64,000 bases of DNA from Chloroflexota bacterium (GTDB lineage: Bacteria > Chloroflexota > Dehalococcoidia > Bin125). The notes below the pieces were generated by a model. The model was not told the DNA's origin and did no database searches. It saw nothing but the letters and a program-made list of their open reading frames with translations. The translations under genes and the position numbers were made by a program. The stretch is taken from assembly GCA_028875225.1 (NCBI GenBank), contig JAPPFB010000017.1, positions 81,920 through 145,919 of the forward strand, in the 5' to 3' direction. Positions within the stretch are counted from its first letter, which is position 1, and each line of letters starts with the position of its first letter. Below, piece after piece: positions 1-8,271 of the stretch.

Positions 1-37
1 GCGGAGGCCCAGGCGCCGAGGAGCCTCAGTCCGATTC

Positions 38-1150
38 ATGACCGCTCCCACTTCACGTCTCGACCGAATCCGCGAGCGTCTCGAACAGGCAAACGTCGAC
101 GCGCTCCTGGTCACCAATCCTCACAACCGGCGCTACGCCTCTGGCTTCACCGGCTCCAACGGCTGGCTGCTGATTCCCGCCGACGCCTCAAGTCCGCCCA
201 CGTTGGCCACCGATTTCCGCTACCTCGAGCAGGCCGCCCAGGAATCGCCCGAGTTCGAGATCGTCAACATGAAGGACGGCATCGACAAGTGGTGGGGCGA
301 ACTGGCCAAACCACTCGGCCGCGGACGGCTCGGCTTCGAGTCGAACGACGTCACCGTTGCCGCGCATAAGCAGCTCCGCGACGTCAACGCCAAACTGCCC
401 GCCAGTCAGCGACCCGCGCTCGTCCAGACCGATCAGATCGTCGAGCAGGTGCGCGCGCTCAAGGACGACGCCGAGCTGGCCCTGCTCCGCCGGGCCGTCG
501 CCCTCACCGACGACGCCTTCGCCCACGCCCAGCGCGCCATGCAGCCGGGTTGGACCGAGCGGCAAGTCTCCTGGGAGATCGAGCAGTACGCCCGCTCCAA
601 CGGCGCCGACGGCATGGCCTTCGAATCAATCGTCGCCGCCGGCCCCTGGGGCGCGAGACCGCACGCCCGCCCTCGCGACGAAGTCATCCACGAGGGACAA
701 CCCATCGTCATCGACATGGGCGTCCGCTACCACGGCTACTGCGCCGACATGACCCGCACCATCGTCCTCGGCGACCACGACGACACCTTTCCCCGCATCT
801 ACGACATCGTGCTCGCCGCCCACGAAACCGCGGCCCAGATGGTCGAGCCCGGCATGTCGGCCAAGGACGCCGACCAGTTGGCCCGCCAGGTCGTCACCGA
901 CGCCGGCTACGGCGACCAGTTCGGCCACGGTCTCGGGCACGGAGTCGGACTCCAGATCCACGAGAAGCCCTACCTCGGCATCACCTCGAAGGACACGCTC
1001 GAAGCCGGCATGGTCATCACCATCGAGCCCGGCATCTACCTGCCCGAGTGGGGCGGCGTGCGGATCGAGGACATGGGCCTGCTCGACGAGGACGGCTTCC
1101 ACTCCTTCACCGGCACGCCCAAACTGCGCATGATTGCTGAGCCCGTCTAA
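38..1150 (+). CDS. pepP: Xaa-Pro aminopeptidase / M24 family peptidase
   Basis: Creatinase-like N-terminal region; M24 metal-ligand motif HGLGHGVGLQIHE; adjacent to efp as in many bacteria. Confidence 0.9.
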   Translation: MTAPTSRLDRIRERLEQANVDALLVTNPHNRRYASGFTGSNGWLLIPADASSPPTLATDFRYLEQAAQESPEFEIVNMKDGIDKWWGELAKPLGRGRLGFESNDVTVAAHKQLRDVNAKLPASQRPALVQTDQIVEQVRALKDDAELALLRRAVALTDDAFAHAQRAMQPGWTERQVSWEIEQYARSNGADGMAFESIVAAGPWGARPHARPRDEVIHEGQPIVIDMGVRYHGYCADMTRTIVLGDHDDTFPRIYDIVLAAHETAAQMVEPGMSAKDADQLARQVVTDAGYGDQFGHGLGHGVGLQIHEKPYLGITSKDTLEAGMVITIEPGIYLPEWGGVRIEDMGLLDEDGFHSFTGTPKLRMIAEPV

Positions 1151-1228
1151 CCTGCCCATCAACCCGCTCTGCTCCCGAACACAACCGAACAGACCCGAAC
1201 GCAACGGAACACAACTGACAGGCACGAG

Positions 1229-1786
1229 ATGATCTCCACCGGCGACCTCAAGCGCGGATTCGTGATCGAACTCGACGGCAATGAGTACCAGATCGTCGAC
1301 TGGGAACACATCAAGGTCGGTCGCGGTTCGGCCCAGGCTCGGCTCAAGCTGCGCGACATCCGCGGCGGCCACACGATCGAGCGCACCTTTCAGGCCGGCA
1401 CCAAGTTCCGACGCATCCGCACCGAGCATCAGACGATGCAATACCTCTACCGCGACGGCGATCTGCTCTACTTCATGAACACCGACACCTACGAGCAGGA
1501 GCCGCTCTCCCTCGACGTCGTCGGCGACGCCGTTCACTACCTGGCCGAGAACGCCGAAGCGGAAGTCCTGATCGTCGGAGAAAACCCCGTCGCCGTCGAA
1601 CTCCCCGCCGCCGTCCCGCTGGTCGTCGCCGACTCCGATCCCGGCGTCAAGGGCGACACCGCCACCGGAGCGACCAAGCCGGCCACCCTCGAAACCGGCC
1701 TCACCGTCAACGTCCCCCTCTTCATCAACCCCGGCGACACCGTCAAAGTCGACACCCGCTCCGGCCAATACCTCGAACGCGCCTGA
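1229..1786 (+). CDS. efp: Elongation factor P
   Basis: 185 aa; KVGRGSAQARLKLRD loop; FMNTDTYEQ; DPGVKGDTATGATKPATLETG; close to Thermus-type EF-P with Arg at the modified-loop position. Confidence 0.93.
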   Translation: MISTGDLKRGFVIELDGNEYQIVDWEHIKVGRGSAQARLKLRDIRGGHTIERTFQAGTKFRRIRTEHQTMQYLYRDGDLLYFMNTDTYEQEPLSLDVVGDAVHYLAENAEAEVLIVGENPVAVELPAAVPLVVADSDPGVKGDTATGATKPATLETGLTVNVPLFINPGDTVKVDTRSGQYLERA

Positions 1787-1798
1787 CCCTTTCCGATC

Positions 1799-1833
1799 CT
1801 CTCTCCCCGAGGGAGAGGGTTAGGGTGAGGGCC
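1799..1833 (+). repeat. Family B hairpin repeat (CTCTCCC-N4-GGGAGAGGG + TTAGGGTGAGGGC)
   Basis: Same module at 46181-46276 (inverted pair), 62939-62973 and degenerate at 61153-61186. Confidence 0.8.
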
Positions 1834-1879
1834 AACGGGCCTTTGTGCCCACTCACACGAGGAGATGTCAAATCACCCT

Positions 1880-2010
1880 CCGCTCTCCCCTGTTCCAAAG
1901 GGAGACGCCTGCCCACCTCGTTCTTCCCCCTTTCAGGAGGAGATGCCTGCCCCTACTTTCTCCCCCCTTCCAGGGGAAGATGCCGAAGGCAGAGGGGGTC
2001 CCCCGTCCCA
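1880..2010 (+). repeat. Family A composite/degenerate copy (C-rich hairpins ... GATGCCGAAGGCAGAGGGGGTCCC)
   Basis: Several C5-7/G5-7 hairpins followed by the conserved GCCGAAGGC + AGAGGGGG(C/T)CCC tail; lies in the efp-xseA spacer. Confidence 0.7.
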
Positions 2011-2046
2011 TCGCAGACCCGTTCAACCAGCCAGACCTCACAAGCC

Positions 2047-3384
2047 ATGCCCAAACGCCCACCCACCGGCTTCAACGTCCGCCGAGCCCAACAACAACGC
2101 ATCGACTGGGACAATTCGCAGCCCCAACCCACCGAGCAGCCCGTCTCGACCCCTCAATCCCGACCCGTCGGCGAAGTCGCGCGACACATCAAGAGCCAGC
2201 TCAAGGCCGACCCACAGCTCAACGACGTCTGGATCGAGGGCGAGGTCCGCAGCTTCAACCGCTCCGGCGCCGGCCACTACTACTTCGACCTCGCTGATTC
2301 ACAGAAAGACGGCAAGTCCGACGCCGCCCTGGCCTGTGCATTCTTCCGCCGCGACAACCGAGGCATGGCTGTCCAACAGGGCGACCAGGTGCTCGTTCAC
2401 GGCAGCGCCGATGTCTACCTCCCCCGAGGCTCGTTGCAGATCATCGTCGACGACCTTCGCCCAATCGGCGAAGGCGTCCTCCAGGCCGAGTTCGAGCGCC
2501 TCTTTCGCAACCTGAACGCCGAGGGCCTCTTCAATCCCGAGCGCAAGCGCTCGTTGCCGCCGTATCCCCGCCGGATCGGAGTCGTCACCTCGCCCAGCGG
2601 CGCGGTCTGGCACGACATCCAGCAGGTGCTTTCCCGTCGCTGGCCCTTAACCTCGCTGGTCCTCTCCCCCTGCCTCACCCAGGGCGCCGGGGCGGCTGAA
2701 TCGATCGCCGAGGGCATCCAGCGGCTCAACCTTCTGACTGTTGACGAACCCGACCTGATCATCGTCGCCCGAGGCGGTGGCTCGCCCGAGGACCTCTGGG
2801 CCTACAACGAGGAACCCGTCGCCCGCGCCATCTTCGCCAGCGACATCCCCGTCATCTCCGCGGTCGGACACGAGACCGACGTCAGCATCGCCGATCACGT
2901 CGCCGACCGCCGAGCGCCGACCCCGTCCGCCGCCGCCGAGATCGCCGTCCCCGACCGCGCCGAAGAAGCTGCCCGCGTCGCCGGACTTCGCCAGGCTGCC
3001 GACCAGAAGATTGACAGCCGAATCGTGGAACTCGCTCAGCGAGGACTGCTCAGCCGCGAACGACTTGAACGCGCCGCGCCGCATCCGCCGACGATGCGCG
3101 TCGAACTCAACCGCCGCAGGCGAGAACTCGATCAGGCGATCGAACGGCAGCTGGCGCTCTTGAGAGCGCAGCAGACCGCCAGCGCCTCCAGGCTCAGCGC
3201 TCTCAACCCCCTGGCAACCCTCGAACGCGGCTACGCCATCGTCTCGGACGATCAGGAACGGGTCGTCACCACCGCCGCTGACCTGTCCCGCGACCAGCGC
3301 GTCTCAATCAGGTTCGCCGACGGAGAAATCGCTGCCCGGACCACCTCAGACGCCACTCCCGGCAAGGAGCTACCACATGCCTGA
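2047..3384 (+). CDS. xseA: Exodeoxyribonuclease VII large subunit
   Basis: OB-fold N-terminus (VWIEGEVRSFNRSGAGHYYFDL) and catalytic core (VVTSPSGAVWHDIQ...IVARGGGS). ATG at 2047 chosen because the track ORF from 1825 runs through an intergenic repeat region. Confidence 0.88.
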   Translation: MPKRPPTGFNVRRAQQQRIDWDNSQPQPTEQPVSTPQSRPVGEVARHIKSQLKADPQLNDVWIEGEVRSFNRSGAGHYYFDLADSQKDGKSDAALACAFFRRDNRGMAVQQGDQVLVHGSADVYLPRGSLQIIVDDLRPIGEGVLQAEFERLFRNLNAEGLFNPERKRSLPPYPRRIGVVTSPSGAVWHDIQQVLSRRWPLTSLVLSPCLTQGAGAAESIAEGIQRLNLLTVDEPDLIIVARGGGSPEDLWAYNEEPVARAIFASDIPVISAVGHETDVSIADHVADRRAPTPSAAAEIAVPDRAEEAARVAGLRQAADQKIDSRIVELAQRGLLSRERLERAAPHPPTMRVELNRRRRELDQAIERQLALLRAQQTASASRLSALNPLATLERGYAIVSDDQERVVTTAADLSRDQRVSIRFADGEIAARTTSDATPGKELPHA

Positions 3385-3574
3385 CGATCCCGAACGACCC
3401 TACGAGGAAATCGTCGAGGACCTCGAGACTGTCCTCACCGAACTGGAAGACGGAGGCCTCCCCCTCGATCAGGCCGTCGACGCCTACGAACGAGGAGTCA
3501 AGCTCAGCCAGCAAGCCCAGCAACTCCTCACCAACGCCGAACTCCGCATCGACACCCTCCGCGACGACCCGTGA
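3377..3574 (+). CDS. xseB: Exodeoxyribonuclease VII small subunit
   Basis: 65 aa; LEDGGLPLDQAVDAYERGVKL motif; overlaps xseA stop by 8 nt. Confidence 0.9.
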   Translation: MPDDPERPYEEIVEDLETVLTELEDGGLPLDQAVDAYERGVKLSQQAQQLLTNAELRIDTLRDDP

Positions 3575-3585
3575 TGCCCGCCCTC

Positions 3586-3638
3586 AGACCTCCCCCTTTG
3601 GGGGAGGTGCGCCGAAGGCGCGGAGGGGGCCGCCCGGC
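3586..3638 (+). repeat. Family A hairpin element, immediately after xseB
   Basis: CCTCCCCC-tttg-GGGGGAGG + tgcGCCGAAGGCgcGGAGGGGGCC. Confidence 0.75.
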
Positions 3639-3939
3639 CGACATCCACATAGCTCGAGTTACACAGAGAACACAGCCCATCAGAACATCCGTACACATAC
3701 AATGGCAGGTACCCGAGAAACATTGACCGCCTCCCGGAGCCTGACATGACCCGCCCCGCAATCCGGACCACCCTGGAACCGCCTGGAATGGCCCAGCCAA
3801 ACCCTCACGAATTCCGGACTGATCTGGACGAATCTGGACAAATCTGGACAAATCCGCTCGATTCTGACCAGAATCTCCATTCCACAGCGGGAAACTGTCC
3901 CTCTTCGACCCGAATTCCCTCTCCTCACCGCGCACAAGC

Positions 3940-4752
3940 TTGGGATCCGGCCCGATGACACTCCGAATCGCCTGGTTCGCGACCGCCAGGGGCACGAGTT
4001 CGCGCAAGTTGCTCCACGCCGCGAACGACGCAATTCGCGACGGCCGACTGGACGCGGAGATCGTCTGCGTCGTCTGCAACCGGGTCCGCGGCCAGTCAGC
4101 CAACACGGACCTGTTTCTCGACGACGTCGAGCAGGCCGGAATCCCCTTGATCTCCAACAGCTCGCTGGAATGGCGTCGACGCGTAGCCGGCGAAATCTCG
4201 GTGCCCGGACAAGAACTCGCTTCCTGGCGGCGCGACTACGACCGCCATCTGTTCGAGCAAATCCGCGAGCACTCGCCCGATGTGGCAATGCTGGCCGGAT
4301 ACATGCTGGTCATCACCGACGTCATCTGCGACCACCTGCCCTGCCTCAACCTCCATCCCGCCCTCCCGGACGGGCCGATCGGCACCTGGCAGCAAGTCAT
4401 TCACGAACTCATCGCCCAGCGAGCGGACCGATCCGGCATGGTCCTGCAACGCGTGACCACGGAGCTCGACCGAGGTCCAACCGTCACCTGGGCCGAGTAC
4501 CCCATCCGCGGACCCCTGTTCGATCCGCTCTGGGCCGAATACGGCGACGACGCCGAATCCGAGACCCCGCTCTTCCACGCCATCCGCGAAGCCGGCGCCA
4601 GCCGCGAGCCCGCCTTCATCCTCCAGTCCCTGCAGGCAATCGCCGCCCGGAGCTCCGCTTCATCCACATCGCTCGCCGCATCGACCGGGGACGAGATAGG
4701 CTCGGACCTCACCGCAGAGGTCGAGTCGGAGATGAAGCGGCTAGAGATCTGA
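3940..4752 (+). CDS. Formyltransferase-family protein (PurN-like fold, divergent)
   Basis: Aligns by eye to PurN: RIAWFATARGTSS, PDVAMLAGYM, LNLHPALPDG (Asn/His of the NxH motif retained), TTELDRGP (Asp retained); extra C-terminal tail. Start may be ATG at 3955. Confidence 0.6.
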   Translation: MGSGPMTLRIAWFATARGTSSRKLLHAANDAIRDGRLDAEIVCVVCNRVRGQSANTDLFLDDVEQAGIPLISNSSLEWRRRVAGEISVPGQELASWRRDYDRHLFEQIREHSPDVAMLAGYMLVITDVICDHLPCLNLHPALPDGPIGTWQQVIHELIAQRADRSGMVLQRVTTELDRGPTVTWAEYPIRGPLFDPLWAEYGDDAESETPLFHAIREAGASREPAFILQSLQAIAARSSASSTSLAASTGDEIGSDLTAEVESEMKRLEI

Positions 4753-4827
4753 CCCTCGTGTTATGTCAACTGTGGACGCTGTGAGTAATTGTTTACGTGT
4801 GTAGTCCGATAACTATATGATGCCGTC

Positions 4828-5124
4828 ATGACCGATCCGGATCTGCCGGTCCTGACTCCGACCATTGTCGAGCCGCGCTCGAACGGCCACGTGAACGAGT
4901 TGCTGCCCGCGATCCGTGAGGATTTGGCCCCATTCCTCCCCGCCTTGCGCAGCGCCGCGCAACTCATCGCGGCCGCCACCGTGCTTGAGTTCACCGCTCG
5001 CTATGCTGCACCAGCGATGATTGACCAGGTTCGACAGATCATCGCCCCGGCGCCCCAGCACAAGCAAACGATCCTGGTCGAGGAACAAACCACTGTTCGC
5101 CGTCGCGTTACGGTCGTTTCCTAA
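4828..5124 (+). CDS. Hypothetical 98-aa protein; high GC3 coding signal; may belong to the downstream LTD gene
   Basis: Strong third-position GC bias in this frame up to 5124; preceded by an AT-rich segment at 4760-4827; no recognisable domain. Confidence 0.4.
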   Translation: MTDPDLPVLTPTIVEPRSNGHVNELLPAIREDLAPFLPALRSAAQLIAAATVLEFTARYAAPAMIDQVRQIIAPAPQHKQTILVEEQTTVRRRVTVVS

Positions 5125-7471
5125 ATCTCTGGTTCCGCTCACGCTCACGATTCTCCTGTTCCCGCTTGCTAACCAACCCGGTTCCATCCATGCGTCGCAC
5201 AATCCCCGCTTGGTGATCAGTGAAGTGCATCCAAACGTTGCCGCCGACGGCTCGTCCTGGGATTCGTACGAGTGGATCGAAATCCACAATCTCGAACGCC
5301 ATCCGGCCAACCTGGACGGCTGGATCATCGAGGACGCCCAGTCCATCGCGCCGCTTCCTGACATCGAGCTGCCAGCGGGCGGCGCCGTGTTGGTCGCTGG
5401 CAGCGCCGCCGACATCGAGGTACCTTCGGGCAAGACTCTGATCATCCTGGACCGTCCGAGGATCGGCACCGGTCTGCGCAATGCCGGCGACCGGGTGGCG
5501 CTGATCAATCCGTACGGAGTTCGCTACGACGCCGTCAGTTGGGGAGACGTGCGCTGGCCGCGCGCCAGCGAGCCGCCCAATCCGCGCCAATCGATCGTCA
5601 GAACTTCCACTGGCGGGCAGTCGTTGTCGGACCGATTGACGCCCTGGACCGTCGGCGAAGCGATCAGCGCGGCACCGGACCGGCATCGCCATCCACTTCC
5701 TGAAACGTCGGTCCGGATGGTCAAGGCGCTCATCGATCCCGGCGAAGGCGACTCGGAGACGCTCACGATTCGCAACCTCTCCGATCGCCCACTGATCACT
5801 GTCAACTGGACGCTGACCGTCAACAACTCCCTGATCACGCTGCCCTCGGTCCGAATCGAACCCGGCGTGTCCTACGACATCCGAGAGGCGGATGGCACAC
5901 TGGGCGCCGGCATATCCAGCGACGGCGGCCATCTGGTCCTCCGAGACAGCAGAGGCAACTGGCTGGCGACCGCCAGCTGGGGCGACGACCACACGTTTCA
6001 CAAGATTCCTCCGCCCGCGCCCGGGCAGGAGTTGCGATTCAATCCGTTCGCGAGGATTCACCCGCGCGTCCCCTGGTTCGACGTCGATCGCGAAGACAGA
6101 CTCATGGTTGGTCGGGGTCGGGGGACGAAGTCACTGCTGGCTTCCAGCATTAGCTCTCTGTCGCTGCGCGAACATCACCGTGCGAGCCCACACCAGGATT
6201 CCGATCGAGCGCCGATCTGGATCAGCGAGGTCTACCCTAATGCCGGGCAGGGCAGAAGTGACGCCGCGCATGAGTGGTTTGAATTGACCAACTCCACCGA
6301 ATCGCCACTGCAGCTCGATGAGTGGTCAATCGCCGACAACACCTCCGCCGACTCCCTCGACGGGGTCACGATTCCACCAGGCTCATCCGTCGTCATTGGC
6401 GGCGCCGCGCAGGCTGATTCAGGCGTCGTGGCCGCTATCGAAGACGGTCGAATCGGCAATGGCCTGGCCAACAGTGGGGACCAACTCCGGCTGATCAATC
6501 CGGCCGGCGAGGTGGTCAGTGCGATCAGCTGGGGCGACGACCGGTCGTTCGACGCGATCACTGCGCCACAGCCCGATGAGTCGCTGCATCGCGAGTCGCC
6601 ATCCGACATCCCGTTCCTCGGCAGACCTTCGCCCGGGATGTTGACCGTGTCTCCGACCCCGGCGCCGGCGCTTACCAATGTCGAAACGCCGACAGCGCCG
6701 GCCGGTCAGGACGATCTGCTCGATTCCACGCAGCCTGCGCAAACAGAACCGTCGATTGCCCCGGTCATCGACGAAACCCTGCCGGTGCTGATGATCACCG
6801 AAATCCTGTCTGCTCCGTTGCCGGGACAACCGGAGTGGGTTGAGATTCACAATCCAAACGAGGAGTCTGTCGATCTCAATGGATGGACAATCGGCGATCC
6901 GCAACGACGAACGGCGTTGCACGGCACCATGACCGCCGGTTCCTACGTCGTGGTCACCACCCAACCGCTGGAGTCGGATGTCGATACCATCGTCGTCGAA
7001 CGGATTGGCAACGGTCTCAACAATGACGCCGACTCCATTGCCATCTTCACTCCAACTGGACGCGTCGTTGACGAAGTCAGCTACGGACACGGTGAGTTGC
7101 CTGCTCCTGATCGAGGACTGTCGATCGCATTGGATCCCGAGCGCTGGGTCGTCACGGCATTGCCGACTCCCGGTGCAGCCGATGTCACTCCGCTCCTGGC
7201 AGACGCCTTCCGTTCTGCCGCTCCGAAAGCTCCGATTTCCGATGAGGGTCGCCTGCCGCTGGTGAGCGCAGAAGCGGACGCCGGCGTGAATGCCTGGATG
7301 ATCGTGAGCTTCGCTCTGATCGGCGTGATCATCACCCTGGTCGTCCGTCGCGTCCAGCCCGACCAGGTACAGCCGGAGGCGACGGTTGAGGCGAGCCACT
7401 ACTCCGGGCCGGACGCTGTTTCAGCGTCCTCAGTGGACCCCGAGGAACACAATGATCCGACGAGAACATGA
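5021..7471 (+). CDS. Surface protein with three lamin-tail domains and a C-terminal TM anchor
   Basis: Three LTD (PF00932-like) units: LVISEVHPN...EWIEIHN...LDGWII...NAGDRVALINPYG (about 5210-5560), IWISEVYPN...EWFELTN...LDEWSI (about 6220-6540), LMITEIL...EWVEIHNP...LNGWTI (about 6790-7100); C-terminal hydrophobic AWMIVSFALIGVIITLVV. The 5' end is uncertain: the 5021 ATG frame has poor GC3 until about 5125 and overlaps the upstream ORF. Confidence 0.7.
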   Translation: MTRFDRSSPRRPSTSKRSWSRNKPLFAVALRSFPKSLVPLTLTILLFPLANQPGSIHASHNPRLVISEVHPNVAADGSSWDSYEWIEIHNLERHPANLDGWIIEDAQSIAPLPDIELPAGGAVLVAGSAADIEVPSGKTLIILDRPRIGTGLRNAGDRVALINPYGVRYDAVSWGDVRWPRASEPPNPRQSIVRTSTGGQSLSDRLTPWTVGEAISAAPDRHRHPLPETSVRMVKALIDPGEGDSETLTIRNLSDRPLITVNWTLTVNNSLITLPSVRIEPGVSYDIREADGTLGAGISSDGGHLVLRDSRGNWLATASWGDDHTFHKIPPPAPGQELRFNPFARIHPRVPWFDVDREDRLMVGRGRGTKSLLASSISSLSLREHHRASPHQDSDRAPIWISEVYPNAGQGRSDAAHEWFELTNSTESPLQLDEWSIADNTSADSLDGVTIPPGSSVVIGGAAQADSGVVAAIEDGRIGNGLANSGDQLRLINPAGEVVSAISWGDDRSFDAITAPQPDESLHRESPSDIPFLGRPSPGMLTVSPTPAPALTNVETPTAPAGQDDLLDSTQPAQTEPSIAPVIDETLPVLMITEILSAPLPGQPEWVEIHNPNEESVDLNGWTIGDPQRRTALHGTMTAGSYVVVTTQPLESDVDTIVVERIGNGLNNDADSIAIFTPTGRVVDEVSYGHGELPAPDRGLSIALDPERWVVTALPTPGAADVTPLLADAFRSAAPKAPISDEGRLPLVSAEADAGVNAWMIVSFALIGVIITLVVRRVQPDQVQPEATVEASHYSGPDAVSASSVDPEEHNDPTRT

Positions 7472-8247
7472 TTGACTCGGATCGAGTCCGCATCGCTGTA
7501 GCCATCGCCCGAAGTGGGGCCGCGTCCCGGCGTGCGGCAGAGACAATGGTCCGCGAACGGCGCGTCACCGTTGACGGTCAGGTCACCACCGACCTCTCCA
7601 CTCGAGTCCATCCGGCGACCCAGCAAATCACGCTCGATGGTCGACCGCTGCCCTCCCGCGAACCGCTCCGCTACTACGCGCTCAACAAGCCGCGCGGCGT
7701 GCTCTCGACCGTTCGCGACGACCGAGGCCGCCACACGGTCGTCGAGTTCCTCCCGGCTGACGCGCCACGCTGCGTGCCCGTCGGCCGGCTCGATCTGGAC
7801 AGCGAAGGCCTGCTCCTGCTGACTAACGATGGCCCCTTGATCGACAGACTGTTACACCCGTCACGCGAGGTGCAGCGGGTGTACCTGGCTGAGGTTGTCG
7901 GTCGACCGACCGATCGCGCGCTCGATCGAATCTACGAAGGCATCCACGACCAGGGCGAAGTGCTCCAGGCCAAACCGGCCAGGTCCCGTCGGCCAGGACG
8001 GACGCTGAACAACCGGCGCCCCACTTCCTGGCTCACGTTGACGCTGCACACGGGCCGCAAACGTGAATTGCGGCGCCTCTGCGACGCGATTGGCCACCCG
8101 GTGGTCACACTGCGCCGAGTTCGCTTCGGCCCGTTGTTGCTGCGCGACCTGCCAACAGGCAAGATTCGTCCGCTCAACCGCCGAGAAATCCGGATGCTGC
8201 GGCGCGCCTCCGGTTTGACCGACGACGCCGGCGTTGCTGAGTCGTAA
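7468..8247 (+). CDS. rluB: Pseudouridine synthase, RsuA/RluB family
   Basis: N-terminal S4 domain (RIAVAIARSGAASRRAAETMVRERRVTVDG) and PseudoU_synth_2 core (YYALNKPRGVLST...VGRLDLDSEGLLLLTNDG). Confidence 0.88.
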   Translation: MIDSDRVRIAVAIARSGAASRRAAETMVRERRVTVDGQVTTDLSTRVHPATQQITLDGRPLPSREPLRYYALNKPRGVLSTVRDDRGRHTVVEFLPADAPRCVPVGRLDLDSEGLLLLTNDGPLIDRLLHPSREVQRVYLAEVVGRPTDRALDRIYEGIHDQGEVLQAKPARSRRPGRTLNNRRPTSWLTLTLHTGRKRELRRLCDAIGHPVVTLRRVRFGPLLLRDLPTGKIRPLNRREIRMLRRASGLTDDAGVAES

Positions 8248-8271
8248 GTCGGCCGCCTTTACCATTGGGCT

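Noticed and set aside
1820-1833. TTAGGGTGAGGGC resembles a telomeric TTAGGG repeat
   Set aside because: Single non-tandem occurrence per element in a bacterial intergenic hairpin repeat; treated as coincidence.
1825-2046. 5' extension of xseA in the track ORF (start at 1825)
   Set aside because: The extension reads through the Family A/B repeat region, giving Pro/Ser/Arg-rich low-complexity sequence. The conserved XseA N-terminus starts near the ATG at 2047.
3720-3800. ZTP (pfl) riboswitch upstream of the formyltransferase gene
   Set aside because: Only partial matches (ACCGCCUGG, GACCGCC). The 5' UGGCG/GUGG-CCAC sub-domain and the P3 GCC/GGC stem were not found. Kept only as a low-confidence regulatory-leader hypothesis.
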